Below, in pieces: positions 17,329 through 25,700 of a DNA stretch of 48,349 nucleotides; within the stretch, counting starts at the first letter, position 1; each line of letters starts with the position of its first letter. The notes under the pieces are model-generated. The model searched no databases, was not told the DNA's origin, and worked only from the letters and a program-made list of their open reading frames with translations. Location of the stretch: the IMG/VR virus record IMGVR_UViG_3300037110_000132. One strand, 5' to 3'. The stretch is from a virus. The position numbers were made by a program, and so were the translations under genes.

Positions 17329-18096
17329 ATGGACTTTCATTTTTTCTCAAAACCGAAGGTAACTGAGTTTGAGTTGGTCACATTGATCTCTGATGGTGAG
17401 AAGTGGGAAATAGAGCGTAAGGATGCTCATCTGCCCAAGGGTCTAAGAATTGGAGCAATTGCCACTATGCCCGAATCGGTCTTCATCGCGGCTCAGGCTT
17501 TCGGCTCTGTAATTCCCAGTAGAACCGGTGATTTTGGGATCAAGAGCATCAGCGCTATTCACGTGCCGTTAGTGCCAGGAATGAAGGTCTATCGAGCCTA
17601 CCTCACCGTCTGTGGTGATAATGACAACTGCAGTTTCATTCAGGCCACTGTTCAAATCAGGGAAGAAACGTCTGATAAAGTGGAGAAGTTGATCGAACTA
17701 GCTTACTTCACGACTGTCTTTACTGACTACCCATCCAGTGAAGAAGATTGGAACAACTACCTTGGAGAAGAAGGAATTGGTTCCATTAACTTCACTGATA
17801 ACGATGGTCATGAATACCATCGGGTCACTGGCAGGGGGGAACATTGCAGATGTCTTACCGCTGAAGAGAAGGGAATCATCACCCCGGCTGGTGATAAGGG
17901 CTGGGCCTCTGAACTCAGTTTCCATGTTTACGAACGAGAGCTTCAAGATGGATCACCGGAATTCTGCACCATCGAAGTGTTCGAAGTCAAAAGCAGCAAT
18001 GTTATGAACGAAGAATCAGGTGGTGTCCGATTCATGGTCGGAATTCCTTTACCCCTTGATATCGTTCTCATCCAAACCAACTCCATCAGGAGCTAA
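17329..18096 (+). CDS. Hypothetical protein
   Basis: 255-aa ORF. Confidence 0.5.
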   Translation: MDFHFFSKPKVTEFELVTLISDGEKWEIERKDAHLPKGLRIGAIATMPESVFIAAQAFGSVIPSRTGDFGIKSISAIHVPLVPGMKVYRAYLTVCGDNDNCSFIQATVQIREETSDKVEKLIELAYFTTVFTDYPSSEEDWNNYLGEEGIGSINFTDNDGHEYHRVTGRGEHCRCLTAEEKGIITPAGDKGWASELSFHVYERELQDGSPEFCTIEVFEVKSSNVMNEESGGVRFMVGIPLPLDIVLIQTNSIRS

Positions 18097-18097
18097 C

Positions 18098-18823
18098 ATG
18101 TCGTTCAAGAAGCTGTTTGCAATGCTCACCGGCCAGGGTCAGGCCGCGATTGATAGCGCCACCATGGCGCTTGAGGCCGCGAATCCTGAGGTCGCCATCA
18201 AGGTCGACAAGCAGGAGATCGAGGACAACCTCCGCACCATCGCTATCTCTCTGGCCCAGGCTGAAGAGAAGCTGAAGGCTGAAGAAGCTGAAGTCGTGGT
18301 GACCCAGGCCAAGATCGACAAGGACCTGAAGGCCGCTGAGATTCTGATTGGCCAGGGTAACGAGGACAAGGCTAATATCCTCATGTCCGAAGTGGAGAAG
18401 CTGAAGAACACCATGGCCCACGAGAAGCGTGAGCGGGATTCTGCCCTGCTGATCGTCAAGAACTTCCACGAAGCCAAGGACAAGCTGCTCAAGACCCTCA
18501 ACGAATATGACGAGAAGTCTAGTGAGGTCGTCAGTGTCCTCCAGGAAGCCAAGTCGGAGAGGGAATCGGCCAAGGCCATTCGTGAATCCGAAGCCCTGTC
18601 CAGTAGTCAGACCAATCTGACCAACGTCAATTCTTCGCTGGCTTCCATGACCGCCATGGCTGCGAAACTCCGCGCCCAGGCTGATGTGGATCGCACCATG
18701 ACCGATCTCAACAAGCCGGTCGCTGAGAAAGATTCCGATATCGCTGCGGCTCTGGCCCAGGTCGAAACCGGAAGTGCAACAAAAGAAACCGCTACGGAAC
18801 GCCTTGCGCGTCTTCGTGGCTAG
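18098..18823 (+). CDS. PspA/IM30-like coiled-coil protein (tentative)
   Basis: Shine-Dalgarno caggagc. N-terminus MSFKKLFAMLTGQ...ALEAANPE resembles the PspA/Vipp1 start. Extended K/E-rich coiled coil. GC-rich. Confidence 0.35.
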   Translation: MSFKKLFAMLTGQGQAAIDSATMALEAANPEVAIKVDKQEIEDNLRTIAISLAQAEEKLKAEEAEVVVTQAKIDKDLKAAEILIGQGNEDKANILMSEVEKLKNTMAHEKRERDSALLIVKNFHEAKDKLLKTLNEYDEKSSEVVSVLQEAKSERESAKAIRESEALSSSQTNLTNVNSSLASMTAMAAKLRAQADVDRTMTDLNKPVAEKDSDIAAALAQVETGSATKETATERLARLRG

Positions 18824-18963
18824 AGGTTCCACGCAAACCCTAAACAACCTCTCGTATCCTGCGTGATGGGGTGGCCACTCTATAACGTTGAAGAGCTAGT
18901 AATATTAGTCCACTGCTAGTGTTACGAGTCAAAGTTGGGCCTAATTAACCGAGGGTGTGGAAA

Positions 18964-19036
18964 CAGTGTTTGGTCTATTGGAAGGGCACCGAGCCGCCAA
19001 GGTTCGGGGGTGGAGGTTCGAATCCTTCAACACTAC
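18964..19036 (+). tRNA. tRNA-like gene with an apparent 9-nt anticodon loop
   Basis: T-arm ggagg-ttcgaat-ccttc. Acceptor cagtgtt/aacacta (6 of 7 paired). Stem ccgag/ttcgg encloses loop ccgccaagg. An alternative perfect acceptor partner, tagtgtt, lies 47 nt upstream. Confidence 0.3.
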
Positions 19037-19049
19037 CAGGAGGTGCAAT

Positions 19050-19355
19050 ATGGATTTCTTCACTATTTTAGACCCTGACGATAGTTGTACTGGACGTTTA
19101 TATCTCATGGTGTCACAAAAGGGACGATTTTCCTCGTCCGTTCGCGATCCTACTGATCTAGAAGTAAACCTTCTCTCCGGCCAGTTAGAGCAGCCCACTG
19201 AAGGATATTTCATTGTCTTCCGCAACTTCTTTGGTTATTATATAATCATTGAAGACTCAAATACTCATGAAGTTCACCATACATTAACTCCGTCCCAGAT
19301 TTGTATTGTAAACCAAATAATCAAAGCTGCGAGTGAAGCCTTGAAGGGGAAGTGA
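19050..19355 (+). CDS. Hypothetical protein
   Basis: ATG at 19050 with Shine-Dalgarno ccaggaggtg. Confidence 0.5.
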   Translation: MDFFTILDPDDSCTGRLYLMVSQKGRFSSSVRDPTDLEVNLLSGQLEQPTEGYFIVFRNFFGYYIIIEDSNTHEVHHTLTPSQICIVNQIIKAASEALKGK

Positions 19356-19549
19356 TGGACTATGAATTTGATTTTGTCAAAGTTGTGCTTGAAACCCTAG
19401 TCAGTATTGATAATTCTATCGATCATGCCTACCCTCTTAATAATTTTGATGAGGATCGAGCGCACGTTGCTCTAGCAGCTATTCGGGGAAAGATTAAGAC
19501 CCTACGTAGCGTAGCCAGTAATATAACTTTGAAACCCGAGATAAAATAA
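19352..19549 (+). CDS. Hypothetical small protein
   Basis: 65-aa ORF with an ATGA overlap to the upstream gene. Confidence 0.45.
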   Translation: MMDYEFDFVKVVLETLVSIDNSIDHAYPLNNFDEDRAHVALAAIRGKIKTLRSVASNITLKPEIK

Positions 19550-19923
19550 TGGACCTGAAACCGGCTACAAAGATCGTCTACGGCATGGACATGGAAGAAC
19601 TCCTAGCTATGACCGAGGGTGCTGTCGAAGCAACCAGCTACGAATCAATGATGCTCTGGTCTGAGAATAACCGGGACGAATCCCCGAAGACCTGGGTTGA
19701 GCATCTTTCCGGCTGGGTTCCCAGGATTGGGTGTATCGATGGCGACGAAGGGAAACCGGTCACTCTCAGTTTGTTCTGGGCCGAAGTAGGAGACAAGATT
19801 ATTTTGTTCTATGACAGTCCCTCCCGATTTGTCGATCATACGATGGTTCGTGAATGGCTCGAGAAATACTGTCCCAATGCCAGATTCACTGATGCCATGA
19901 ACTTCTGTAATATTTTCAGGTAG
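19549..19923 (+). CDS. Hypothetical protein
   Basis: 124-aa ORF, tightly packed against its neighbours. Confidence 0.5.
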   Translation: MDLKPATKIVYGMDMEELLAMTEGAVEATSYESMMLWSENNRDESPKTWVEHLSGWVPRIGCIDGDEGKPVTLSLFWAEVGDKIILFYDSPSRFVDHTMVREWLEKYCPNARFTDAMNFCNIFR

Positions 19924-19926
19924 GCC

Positions 19927-20184
19927 ATGAGAAAGATTATTGATATCATTAATGAAATAGAAGAAGAGATCCTGATTGCAGATGGGTTCGATGATGCTCT
20001 GATCGGTGTAGGCCATAGGTGTGGACAACCTCCAATCGCTGTCTATGACAGAGATAAATGTATAATCCTGATGCAGAGCATGGCCTTGGAAGAGGCTGAG
20101 GAATTTTTTGAATTCAATACAGTAGGTGCATGGGTAGGGGATCAGACCCCAATTTTCGTGGACACTTTCCGAGAGATGCGATGA
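19927..20184 (+). CDS. Hypothetical small protein
   Basis: 85-aa ORF. Confidence 0.45.
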   Translation: MRKIIDIINEIEEEILIADGFDDALIGVGHRCGQPPIAVYDRDKCIILMQSMALEEAEEFFEFNTVGAWVGDQTPIFVDTFREMR

Positions 20185-20270
20185 AAAAAGGGTTTTCTCT
20201 TATCGGCCTCCTTTCTATCCTTGTCATTCTGGGAATTTTTCTCCCCTTCTCAAAATCGAGGAAATCATGA
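20181..20270 (+). CDS. Tiny ORF encoding a truncated prepilin-like N-terminus (MKKGFSLIGLLSILVILGIF...)
   Basis: 29 aa. ATGA overlaps at both ends. The sequence parallels the N-terminus of the next gene. Confidence 0.3.
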   Translation: MKKGFSLIGLLSILVILGIFLPFSKSRKS

Positions 20271-20545
20271 AGGGTTTTAATCTTATCGAACTGTTGCTAG
20301 TTCTGGCAATTCTAGGAATCATTTCTGCTGTTGCCATTCCGGCTCTCATGACCCAGTATGATCGCAACAACCGGAAACCCGGCTCTGTCATGCTTTGGAC
20401 CTCTGATGAATTGGTCCAGAAATGGGGTGCTCCCGATGCTGTGGTGAACGCTAATGATCTGTCCTTCCTGGAATTCAGGAGTCATGGGGTGGTCATTACC
20501 CTCAAAGATGGAAGGGTTATCAGTATTACCCCAAGGAATTTTTAA
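20267..20545 (+). CDS. Prepilin-type N-terminal cleavage/methylation domain protein (type IV pilin or pseudopilin-like)
   Basis: MKGFNLIELLLVLAILGIISAVAIPAL matches the class III signal and N-methylation motif (G-F-x-L-I-E). Confidence 0.55.
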   Translation: MKGFNLIELLLVLAILGIISAVAIPALMTQYDRNNRKPGSVMLWTSDELVQKWGAPDAVVNANDLSFLEFRSHGVVITLKDGRVISITPRNF

Positions 20546-20902
20546 ATGGAAATGCTCTGCCCACAGAAATTTGATCAGTGGAAGTGCGTTGGGGGTTATA
20601 ATAAAGCATTTGAGCGATTAGTATTACCCTCGCTTTCCAGAAGGAACAACATGTTAGCATCAGACGCACGAAAAATGACCGACGAGATAATCTCTAAACG
20701 AGATAATCTTAATGCTGATAAATTGATCGAAACTGTCTTGGCCAAGATCAAGAAACAGGCCCTGGGAGGATATGACTTTTTGGACAGTCCTTTCGGCCAG
20801 ATGGATTCTGACGGTGCCAGAAAGATCGTCCGGAAGCGTTTGACTGAACTGGGCTACTCTTGTACTGGTGATGGGCGTGATGGGGAGCAGATCAGCTGGT
20901 AA
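20546..20902 (+). CDS. Hypothetical protein
   Basis: 118-aa ORF. Confidence 0.45.
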   Translation: MEMLCPQKFDQWKCVGGYNKAFERLVLPSLSRRNNMLASDARKMTDEIISKRDNLNADKLIETVLAKIKKQALGGYDFLDSPFGQMDSDGARKIVRKRLTELGYSCTGDGRDGEQISW

Positions 20903-20903
20903 A

Positions 20904-20912
20904 TGTTAGAAT
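20904..20912 (+). promoter_or_regulatory. Extended -10 element aTGtTAGAATaa (same 12-mer as at 4766)
   Basis: Sits just upstream of tRNA-Ala. Confidence 0.45.
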
Positions 20913-20919
20913 AATATAT

Positions 20920-20999
20920 GGGGTACAGGACTACACGGGGTGGTCACCTCCCTTGCACGGAGGATATTCAGAAGGGTTCGATACCCTTGTGCTCCACCA
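20920..20999 (+). tRNA. tRNA-Ala (TGC) with an unusual 8-nt variable region
   Basis: Acceptor ggggtac/gtgctcc (two GU pairs). Anticodon stem cctcc/ggagg with loop ctTGCac. T-arm aaggg-ttcgata-ccctt. CCA encoded. Confidence 0.55.
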
Positions 21000-21033
21000 A
21001 ACCAGGAATGTTACAAGATGAAGGGAAGATAAA

Positions 21034-21408
21034 ATGTCAACAGTAACCCAAATTCTAGCAGGATCCACTTTCGCAGCAACAGGTGTTTCTACCAATGCAA
21101 CAATTAATGGAGATGCAGACATCACCCTATGGTTGAATACCAGAGGAGGAACTGGTCCCTATAAAGTATTCTTACAAGTTTCTCCTGATGGGCTTATCTG
21201 GGCCAATGTCGGATGCATTGAACCTCAAGTCGAGAAGATGATGCCCAAACCAGAGCCAGGGACTAGTGTAGGGTGGGGATCTTCTGCTGTTGAATCAGTC
21301 CCAATTGGGAGCCTTGATTATTTGAACGTGAGAGTAAAGGGTCTTTATGCCAGGATTTACTGCGAGACAGGCACTGCCAATAACGTTTATGCCTGGATTG
21401 CTAACTAA
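21034..21408 (+). CDS. Hypothetical protein
   Basis: 124-aa ORF with Shine-Dalgarno gaaggg. Confidence 0.5.
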   Translation: MSTVTQILAGSTFAATGVSTNATINGDADITLWLNTRGGTGPYKVFLQVSPDGLIWANVGCIEPQVEKMMPKPEPGTSVGWGSSAVESVPIGSLDYLNVRVKGLYARIYCETGTANNVYAWIAN

Positions 21409-21447
21409 CGAATAAAGCTCAGATTTCTTTCAAATAGGAGAATTCCC

Positions 21448-21867
21448 ATGTTTTGGATCCTCGCTGCCCTTATGAGCCTGATTGTCGCCAGTATTTTTGC
21501 GGCTGGAACCTTTCTCATTACCTTTTGGTTTTGGGAATTATGGGATGGTTTGAGCATAAAGATCAAAAACCCTAGGATTGAGGGTTTGTTCGGATTCGCA
21601 ACGGGTATTCTGATCCTTGGTTTGCCTTGTGCAATTGGAGTCTTTAGCGCTGGTTATTTATATAGAACATTGATGCAGGAGAATGTTCGTTCAGAATGGA
21701 GCCAGGAGCTGAATCATAAAGTGATTGATCTAAAGACCGCTCATATCACATTGCTCAATCAGTCAAGTCTACCAGACTCCAAGAAGATTTTGTTTGAGAA
21801 AGCCCTTCGTGGCTGTGAGACTGAGGCCGAACTCAATATGGTCCTCAAGGAAATAGGTCAAAAATGA
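21448..21867 (+). CDS. Membrane protein (two N-terminal TM helices)
   Basis: Shine-Dalgarno taggagaa. Hydrophobic segments ILAALMSLIVASIFAAGTFLITFWFW and ILILGLPCAIGVFSAG. Confidence 0.55.
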   Translation: MFWILAALMSLIVASIFAAGTFLITFWFWELWDGLSIKIKNPRIEGLFGFATGILILGLPCAIGVFSAGYLYRTLMQENVRSEWSQELNHKVIDLKTAHITLLNQSSLPDSKKILFEKALRGCETEAELNMVLKEIGQK

Positions 21868-22253
21868 AGTGTAGAGAGAGTTTTGATAGCGAGAAGGAAT
21901 ACCAGGATTATTTGGAGAATGAATATTACTCAGGTAGAGCTTTAATCGAAGGCTTAAGCTTCCTACTCACCGTTCTAGTTCTACTCCCCCTCTTGATTCA
22001 ATACCTCTGTAAATAAGAGCGGAATCTATGTCTCCGTTGTCTAAAGAAGATTATTGCATTAAAGATCAGAATGGTTAGAATACTTTCAAAGTGGTCTGCC
22101 CATGGACCCCCTTCTTGACCAAGCGGACATCCTGGCGTTGAAGGTTCAGTAAGACTTGACGGAATGGTAACCCGTTAGCAGTGGACACCACGAACAAAGC
22201 AAAGTCTGAAAACTACAGAGGCCACTGGTTCCAGTTGAAATACTGGATAGGTA

Positions 22254-22281
22254 CCCGGAGCCGACAAATCCGGGACTTTTT
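22254..22281 (+). terminator. Rho-independent terminator
   Basis: Stem cccgga/tccggg with a 9-nt loop, followed by actttttg. Confidence 0.6.
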
Positions 22282-22287
22282 GACAAT

Positions 22288-22404
22288 AGGGGTATAGCTC
22301 AGTTGGTCAGAGCGTCTGGCTTATCACTTTCCATGAAGTTGGTGGTTCGTGCAAAGTATTCCACACCCAGAAGGTCGTAAGTTCGAGCCTTACTGCCCCT
22401 ACCA
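22288..22404 (+). tRNA. tRNA, probably Val(TAC), interrupted by a 40-nt insertion in the anticodon loop
   Basis: Acceptor aggggta/tgcccct. D-arm gctc-agttggtca-gagc. Perfect anticodon stem tctgg/ccaga spanning 47 nt. T-arm gtaag-ttcgagc-cttac. CCA encoded. Loop ctT|ACac is obtained if the insert sits between 34 and 35. Confidence 0.6.
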
Positions 22405-22510
22405 GTTTCTGCCCATCATTTAAAGAAGTCCTAATGATGGGCAGAAAATTTATAAAGGATGATAGAGGTTATCAATTCGAGGACTTCCAACCAGCACATT
22501 ACTATTATCG

Positions 22511-22519
22511 TGCTATACT
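22511..22519 (+). promoter_or_regulatory. Extended -10 promoter cgTGcTATACT for the prkA operon
   Basis: The 11-mer cgtgctatact is identical to that at 8271-8281. A taggagaacc Shine-Dalgarno and the ATG at 22547 follow. Confidence 0.5.
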
Positions 22520-22546
22520 GCAGGTATCACTTAGGAGAACCATCCG

Positions 22547-24469
22547 ATGGCATTAATGGATCGTTATCAGAATCGCCAGATCAGTTCCAAGAAAGAAGAA
22601 TTAACTCTACAGGAATACCTGGATCTCTGCAAAGCCGACCCAACCACCTACGCCAATGTAGCAGAGCGGATGCTAATGGCCATTGGTGAACCCGAAGTAA
22701 TCGATACTCACCTGACTGACAGGAATTCCAGGATCTTCGCTAACAAGATGATCAGGGTCTATCCCGCTTTCAAGGACTTTTATGGCATGGAAGAAGTGAT
22801 TGAGTCTATCGTCGCATATTTCCGACATGCTGCTCAGGGGTTGGAAGAGAAGAAACAGATCCTTTATCTTCTCGGTCCTGTCGGTGGTGGTAAGTCCTCC
22901 CTGGCCGAGGGCCTTAAGTATCTGCTCCAAAAGGTCCCGTTCTTTGCCATTAAGGGTTCTCCCGTCAATGAGTCACCCCTTGGGCTATTTGATGTGGTGA
23001 ACGATGCCAAGGCGTTAGAAGAGGAATATGGCATTCCCAGTCGGTATCTTGGTAGTATTTTGAGTCCTTGGGCGGTCAAGCGTCTGGAAGAGTTTGATGG
23101 TGATATCTCCAAGTTCAAGATCATCAAGCTTTTCCCTTCTACCTTGTCTCAGGTCGCTATCTCCAAGACGGAACCCGGAGATGAAAACAACCAGGATATT
23201 TCTTCACTGGTTGGCAAGGTTGACATCAGGAAGCTGGAAAAGTACAGCCAAAATGATACCGATGCTTATTCTTACTCCGGTGGTCTGTGCCTATCTAATC
23301 AGGGCATCTTGGAATTCGTTGAGATGTTCAAGGCTCCGATTAAAGTACTGCACCCTCTGCTGACTGCTACCCAAGAAGGAAACTACAAGGGAACTGAGGG
23401 CTTTGGTGCTATTCCGTTCAACGGTTTAGTCCTGGCTCACTCAAATGAAGCTGAGTGGCAGACGTTCAGAAATAACAAAAACAACGAAGCCTTCCTGGAC
23501 CGCATCTACATTGTCAAGGTTCCTTATAGCCTTCGTTTCACTGATGAAACTAGAATCTATCAGAAGCTGCTGGATAACTCTAGCTTGAGCGCAGCACCCT
23601 GCGCTCCTGATACCCTCAAGATGCTGGCCCAGTTCTCTGTCCTCTCTAGACTAAAGGTTCCAGAAAATTCCAGCGTCTTCAGTAAGATGAGGATCTATGA
23701 TGGTGAGAACCTCAAGGATATCGATCCCAAGGCAAAGAGCTATCAGGAATACAAGGACTTTGCTGGTGTGGATGAGGGAATGATCGGTCTGTCCACCCGG
23801 TTCGCCTTCAAGATTCTGTCCAAGGTGTTCAACTATGACCACAATGAGATCGCTGCCAATCCAGTCCATCTCATGTACATCCTGGAGACTCAGATCGGAC
23901 AGATGCAATTCCCGACTGCCACTGAGGACATGTATCGCAAGTACATCAAGGAGTACCTCTCACCCAAATACGCGGAATTCATTGGCAAAGAGATCCAGAC
24001 TGCATACCTCGAAAGCTATGGTGAGTATGGACAGAATATCTTCGATCGCTATGTGGTCTATGCTGACTTCTGGATCCAGGATCAGGAATTCAGAGATCCC
24101 AACACTGGCGAGATGCTGGACCGGGCTGCGCTCAACGAGGAACTGGAAAAGATCGAGAAACCAGCTGGTATCTCTAATCCGAAGGACTTCCGTAATGAGG
24201 TAGTCACATTCGCACTCAGAGCGAAAGCCAAGCACGAGGGCAAGAACCCTTTGTGGACCTCTTATGAGAAACTCCGTGCAGTAATCGAGAAGAAGATGTT
24301 CTCTAATACTGAGGAATTGCTCCCTGTCATTTCCTTCAACACCAAGGCAAGCGCGGACGATCAGAAGAAACACAAAGACTTCTTGGACCGGATGATCGCT
24401 AGGGGTTACACTGAGAAGCAAGTCCGTCTGCTGTGTGACTGGTACCTGCGCGTAAGGAAATCTTCATGA
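22547..24469 (+). CDS. prkA: PrkA/YeaG family serine protein kinase (AAA+ N-domain)
   Basis: 640 aa. The N-terminus aligns with E. coli YeaG (TLQEYL...YANAAERLLMAIGEP...YPAFEEFYGMEDAIEQIV...AAQGLEEKKQILYLLGPVGGGKSSLAE). Walker A motif GPVGGGKS. Confidence 0.85.
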   Translation: MALMDRYQNRQISSKKEELTLQEYLDLCKADPTTYANVAERMLMAIGEPEVIDTHLTDRNSRIFANKMIRVYPAFKDFYGMEEVIESIVAYFRHAAQGLEEKKQILYLLGPVGGGKSSLAEGLKYLLQKVPFFAIKGSPVNESPLGLFDVVNDAKALEEEYGIPSRYLGSILSPWAVKRLEEFDGDISKFKIIKLFPSTLSQVAISKTEPGDENNQDISSLVGKVDIRKLEKYSQNDTDAYSYSGGLCLSNQGILEFVEMFKAPIKVLHPLLTATQEGNYKGTEGFGAIPFNGLVLAHSNEAEWQTFRNNKNNEAFLDRIYIVKVPYSLRFTDETRIYQKLLDNSSLSAAPCAPDTLKMLAQFSVLSRLKVPENSSVFSKMRIYDGENLKDIDPKAKSYQEYKDFAGVDEGMIGLSTRFAFKILSKVFNYDHNEIAANPVHLMYILETQIGQMQFPTATEDMYRKYIKEYLSPKYAEFIGKEIQTAYLESYGEYGQNIFDRYVVYADFWIQDQEFRDPNTGEMLDRAALNEELEKIEKPAGISNPKDFRNEVVTFALRAKAKHEGKNPLWTSYEKLRAVIEKKMFSNTEELLPVISFNTKASADDQKKHKDFLDRMIARGYTEKQVRLLCDWYLRVRKSS

Positions 24470-25698
24470 TCATTGATCGAAGATCGGATAGCAAGCATAA
24501 AAGCTCCGTTAACCGAAGTAGATTCATCCAACGCTTTAAAGGCCAGATCAAGAAAGCTGTCTCTGATACAATCAACAAGGACAGCATCAAAGATCTGGCT
24601 GGCAAGAAGATTGGGATTTCCAATAGAAGCATCAAGGAACCACGATTCAGGACTGGGCCTGGAGGGATATCAGAGGATGTCCATCCAGGTAATGATAAAT
24701 ATCATTCAGGTGAAGAAGTAGAAAGGCCCTATGGCGATGATGGCATGGGATCTAGCGCCAGTCCTGATGGAGAGGGTATGGACGAATTCGTCTTCACCCT
24801 TTCTAGAGAAGAATTCCTGGATATCTTCTTTGAGGAACTGGCACTTCCTAATCTGACTAAGAAGTATTTGGCCAGTTTAAAGGAATTCAAGCGGGTAAGG
24901 GCTGGGATTAGTAATGCCGGAACTCCTAATAATATCAATCTCGTCCGGACTTTCAGGAGCGCCACAGGCCGAAGGGTAGCCATCGGTGGTCCTTATGCCA
25001 CTGAATTAGCAGAATTAGAGGAGAAACTAGCTGAAGTCACAGATGAAGAAGAATTCACATTCCTAACAGAAGAAATAGAGAGGGTCAGGACTCGGATTAG
25101 TCACATTCCCTGGATTGATACCTTCGACCTCCGGTATAATTATCATGATAAGGTTCCTCAGCCTTCGGCTCAGGCTGTTATGTTCTGCTTGATGGATGTA
25201 TCTGGATCAATGGACGAGGAGAAGAAGAACATCGCTAAGCGATTCTTCACCCTCTTATATCTGTTTTTGACTCGTACCTACGAGAAAACTGATATCGTCT
25301 TCATTCGCCATCATGTTCATGCCGAAGAAGTGGATGAGGATACTTTCTTCCATTCTCAGGAAACAGGTGGAACTATTGTTTCCTCAGCATTGAAGCTGAT
25401 GCTCCAAATCATCGAAGAGCGTTACAACAACGGTCAATGGAACATCTATGGTGCACAGGCTTCAGATGGTGACAATTGGTTCGAAGATTCCAATGGGTGT
25501 ATTCAGCTATTGGAAGATCAAATTCTTAAGTTGGTCCAGTATTTCGCGTATGTAGAGATTGCTGAGCGCCCACAAAGCTTGTGGGTTGAATATGAATCAA
25601 TCACGCCGAAATATGAAGGGCTGTTTGCGATCAGACGGATTAATAGCGCGGCTGATATCTATCCAGTGTTCTGTGATCTCTTTAAGAAGCACGAGTAA
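24466..25698 (+). CDS. yeaH: YeaH/YhbH (DUF444) vWA-like protein
   Basis: 410 aa. Stop/start overlap with prkA. MIDAS-type DVSGSMDE motif. Canonical partner of PrkA. Confidence 0.75.
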   Translation: MIIDRRSDSKHKSSVNRSRFIQRFKGQIKKAVSDTINKDSIKDLAGKKIGISNRSIKEPRFRTGPGGISEDVHPGNDKYHSGEEVERPYGDDGMGSSASPDGEGMDEFVFTLSREEFLDIFFEELALPNLTKKYLASLKEFKRVRAGISNAGTPNNINLVRTFRSATGRRVAIGGPYATELAELEEKLAEVTDEEEFTFLTEEIERVRTRISHIPWIDTFDLRYNYHDKVPQPSAQAVMFCLMDVSGSMDEEKKNIAKRFFTLLYLFLTRTYEKTDIVFIRHHVHAEEVDEDTFFHSQETGGTIVSSALKLMLQIIEERYNNGQWNIYGAQASDGDNWFEDSNGCIQLLEDQILKLVQYFAYVEIAERPQSLWVEYESITPKYEGLFAIRRINSAADIYPVFCDLFKKHE

Positions 25699-25700
25699 CT

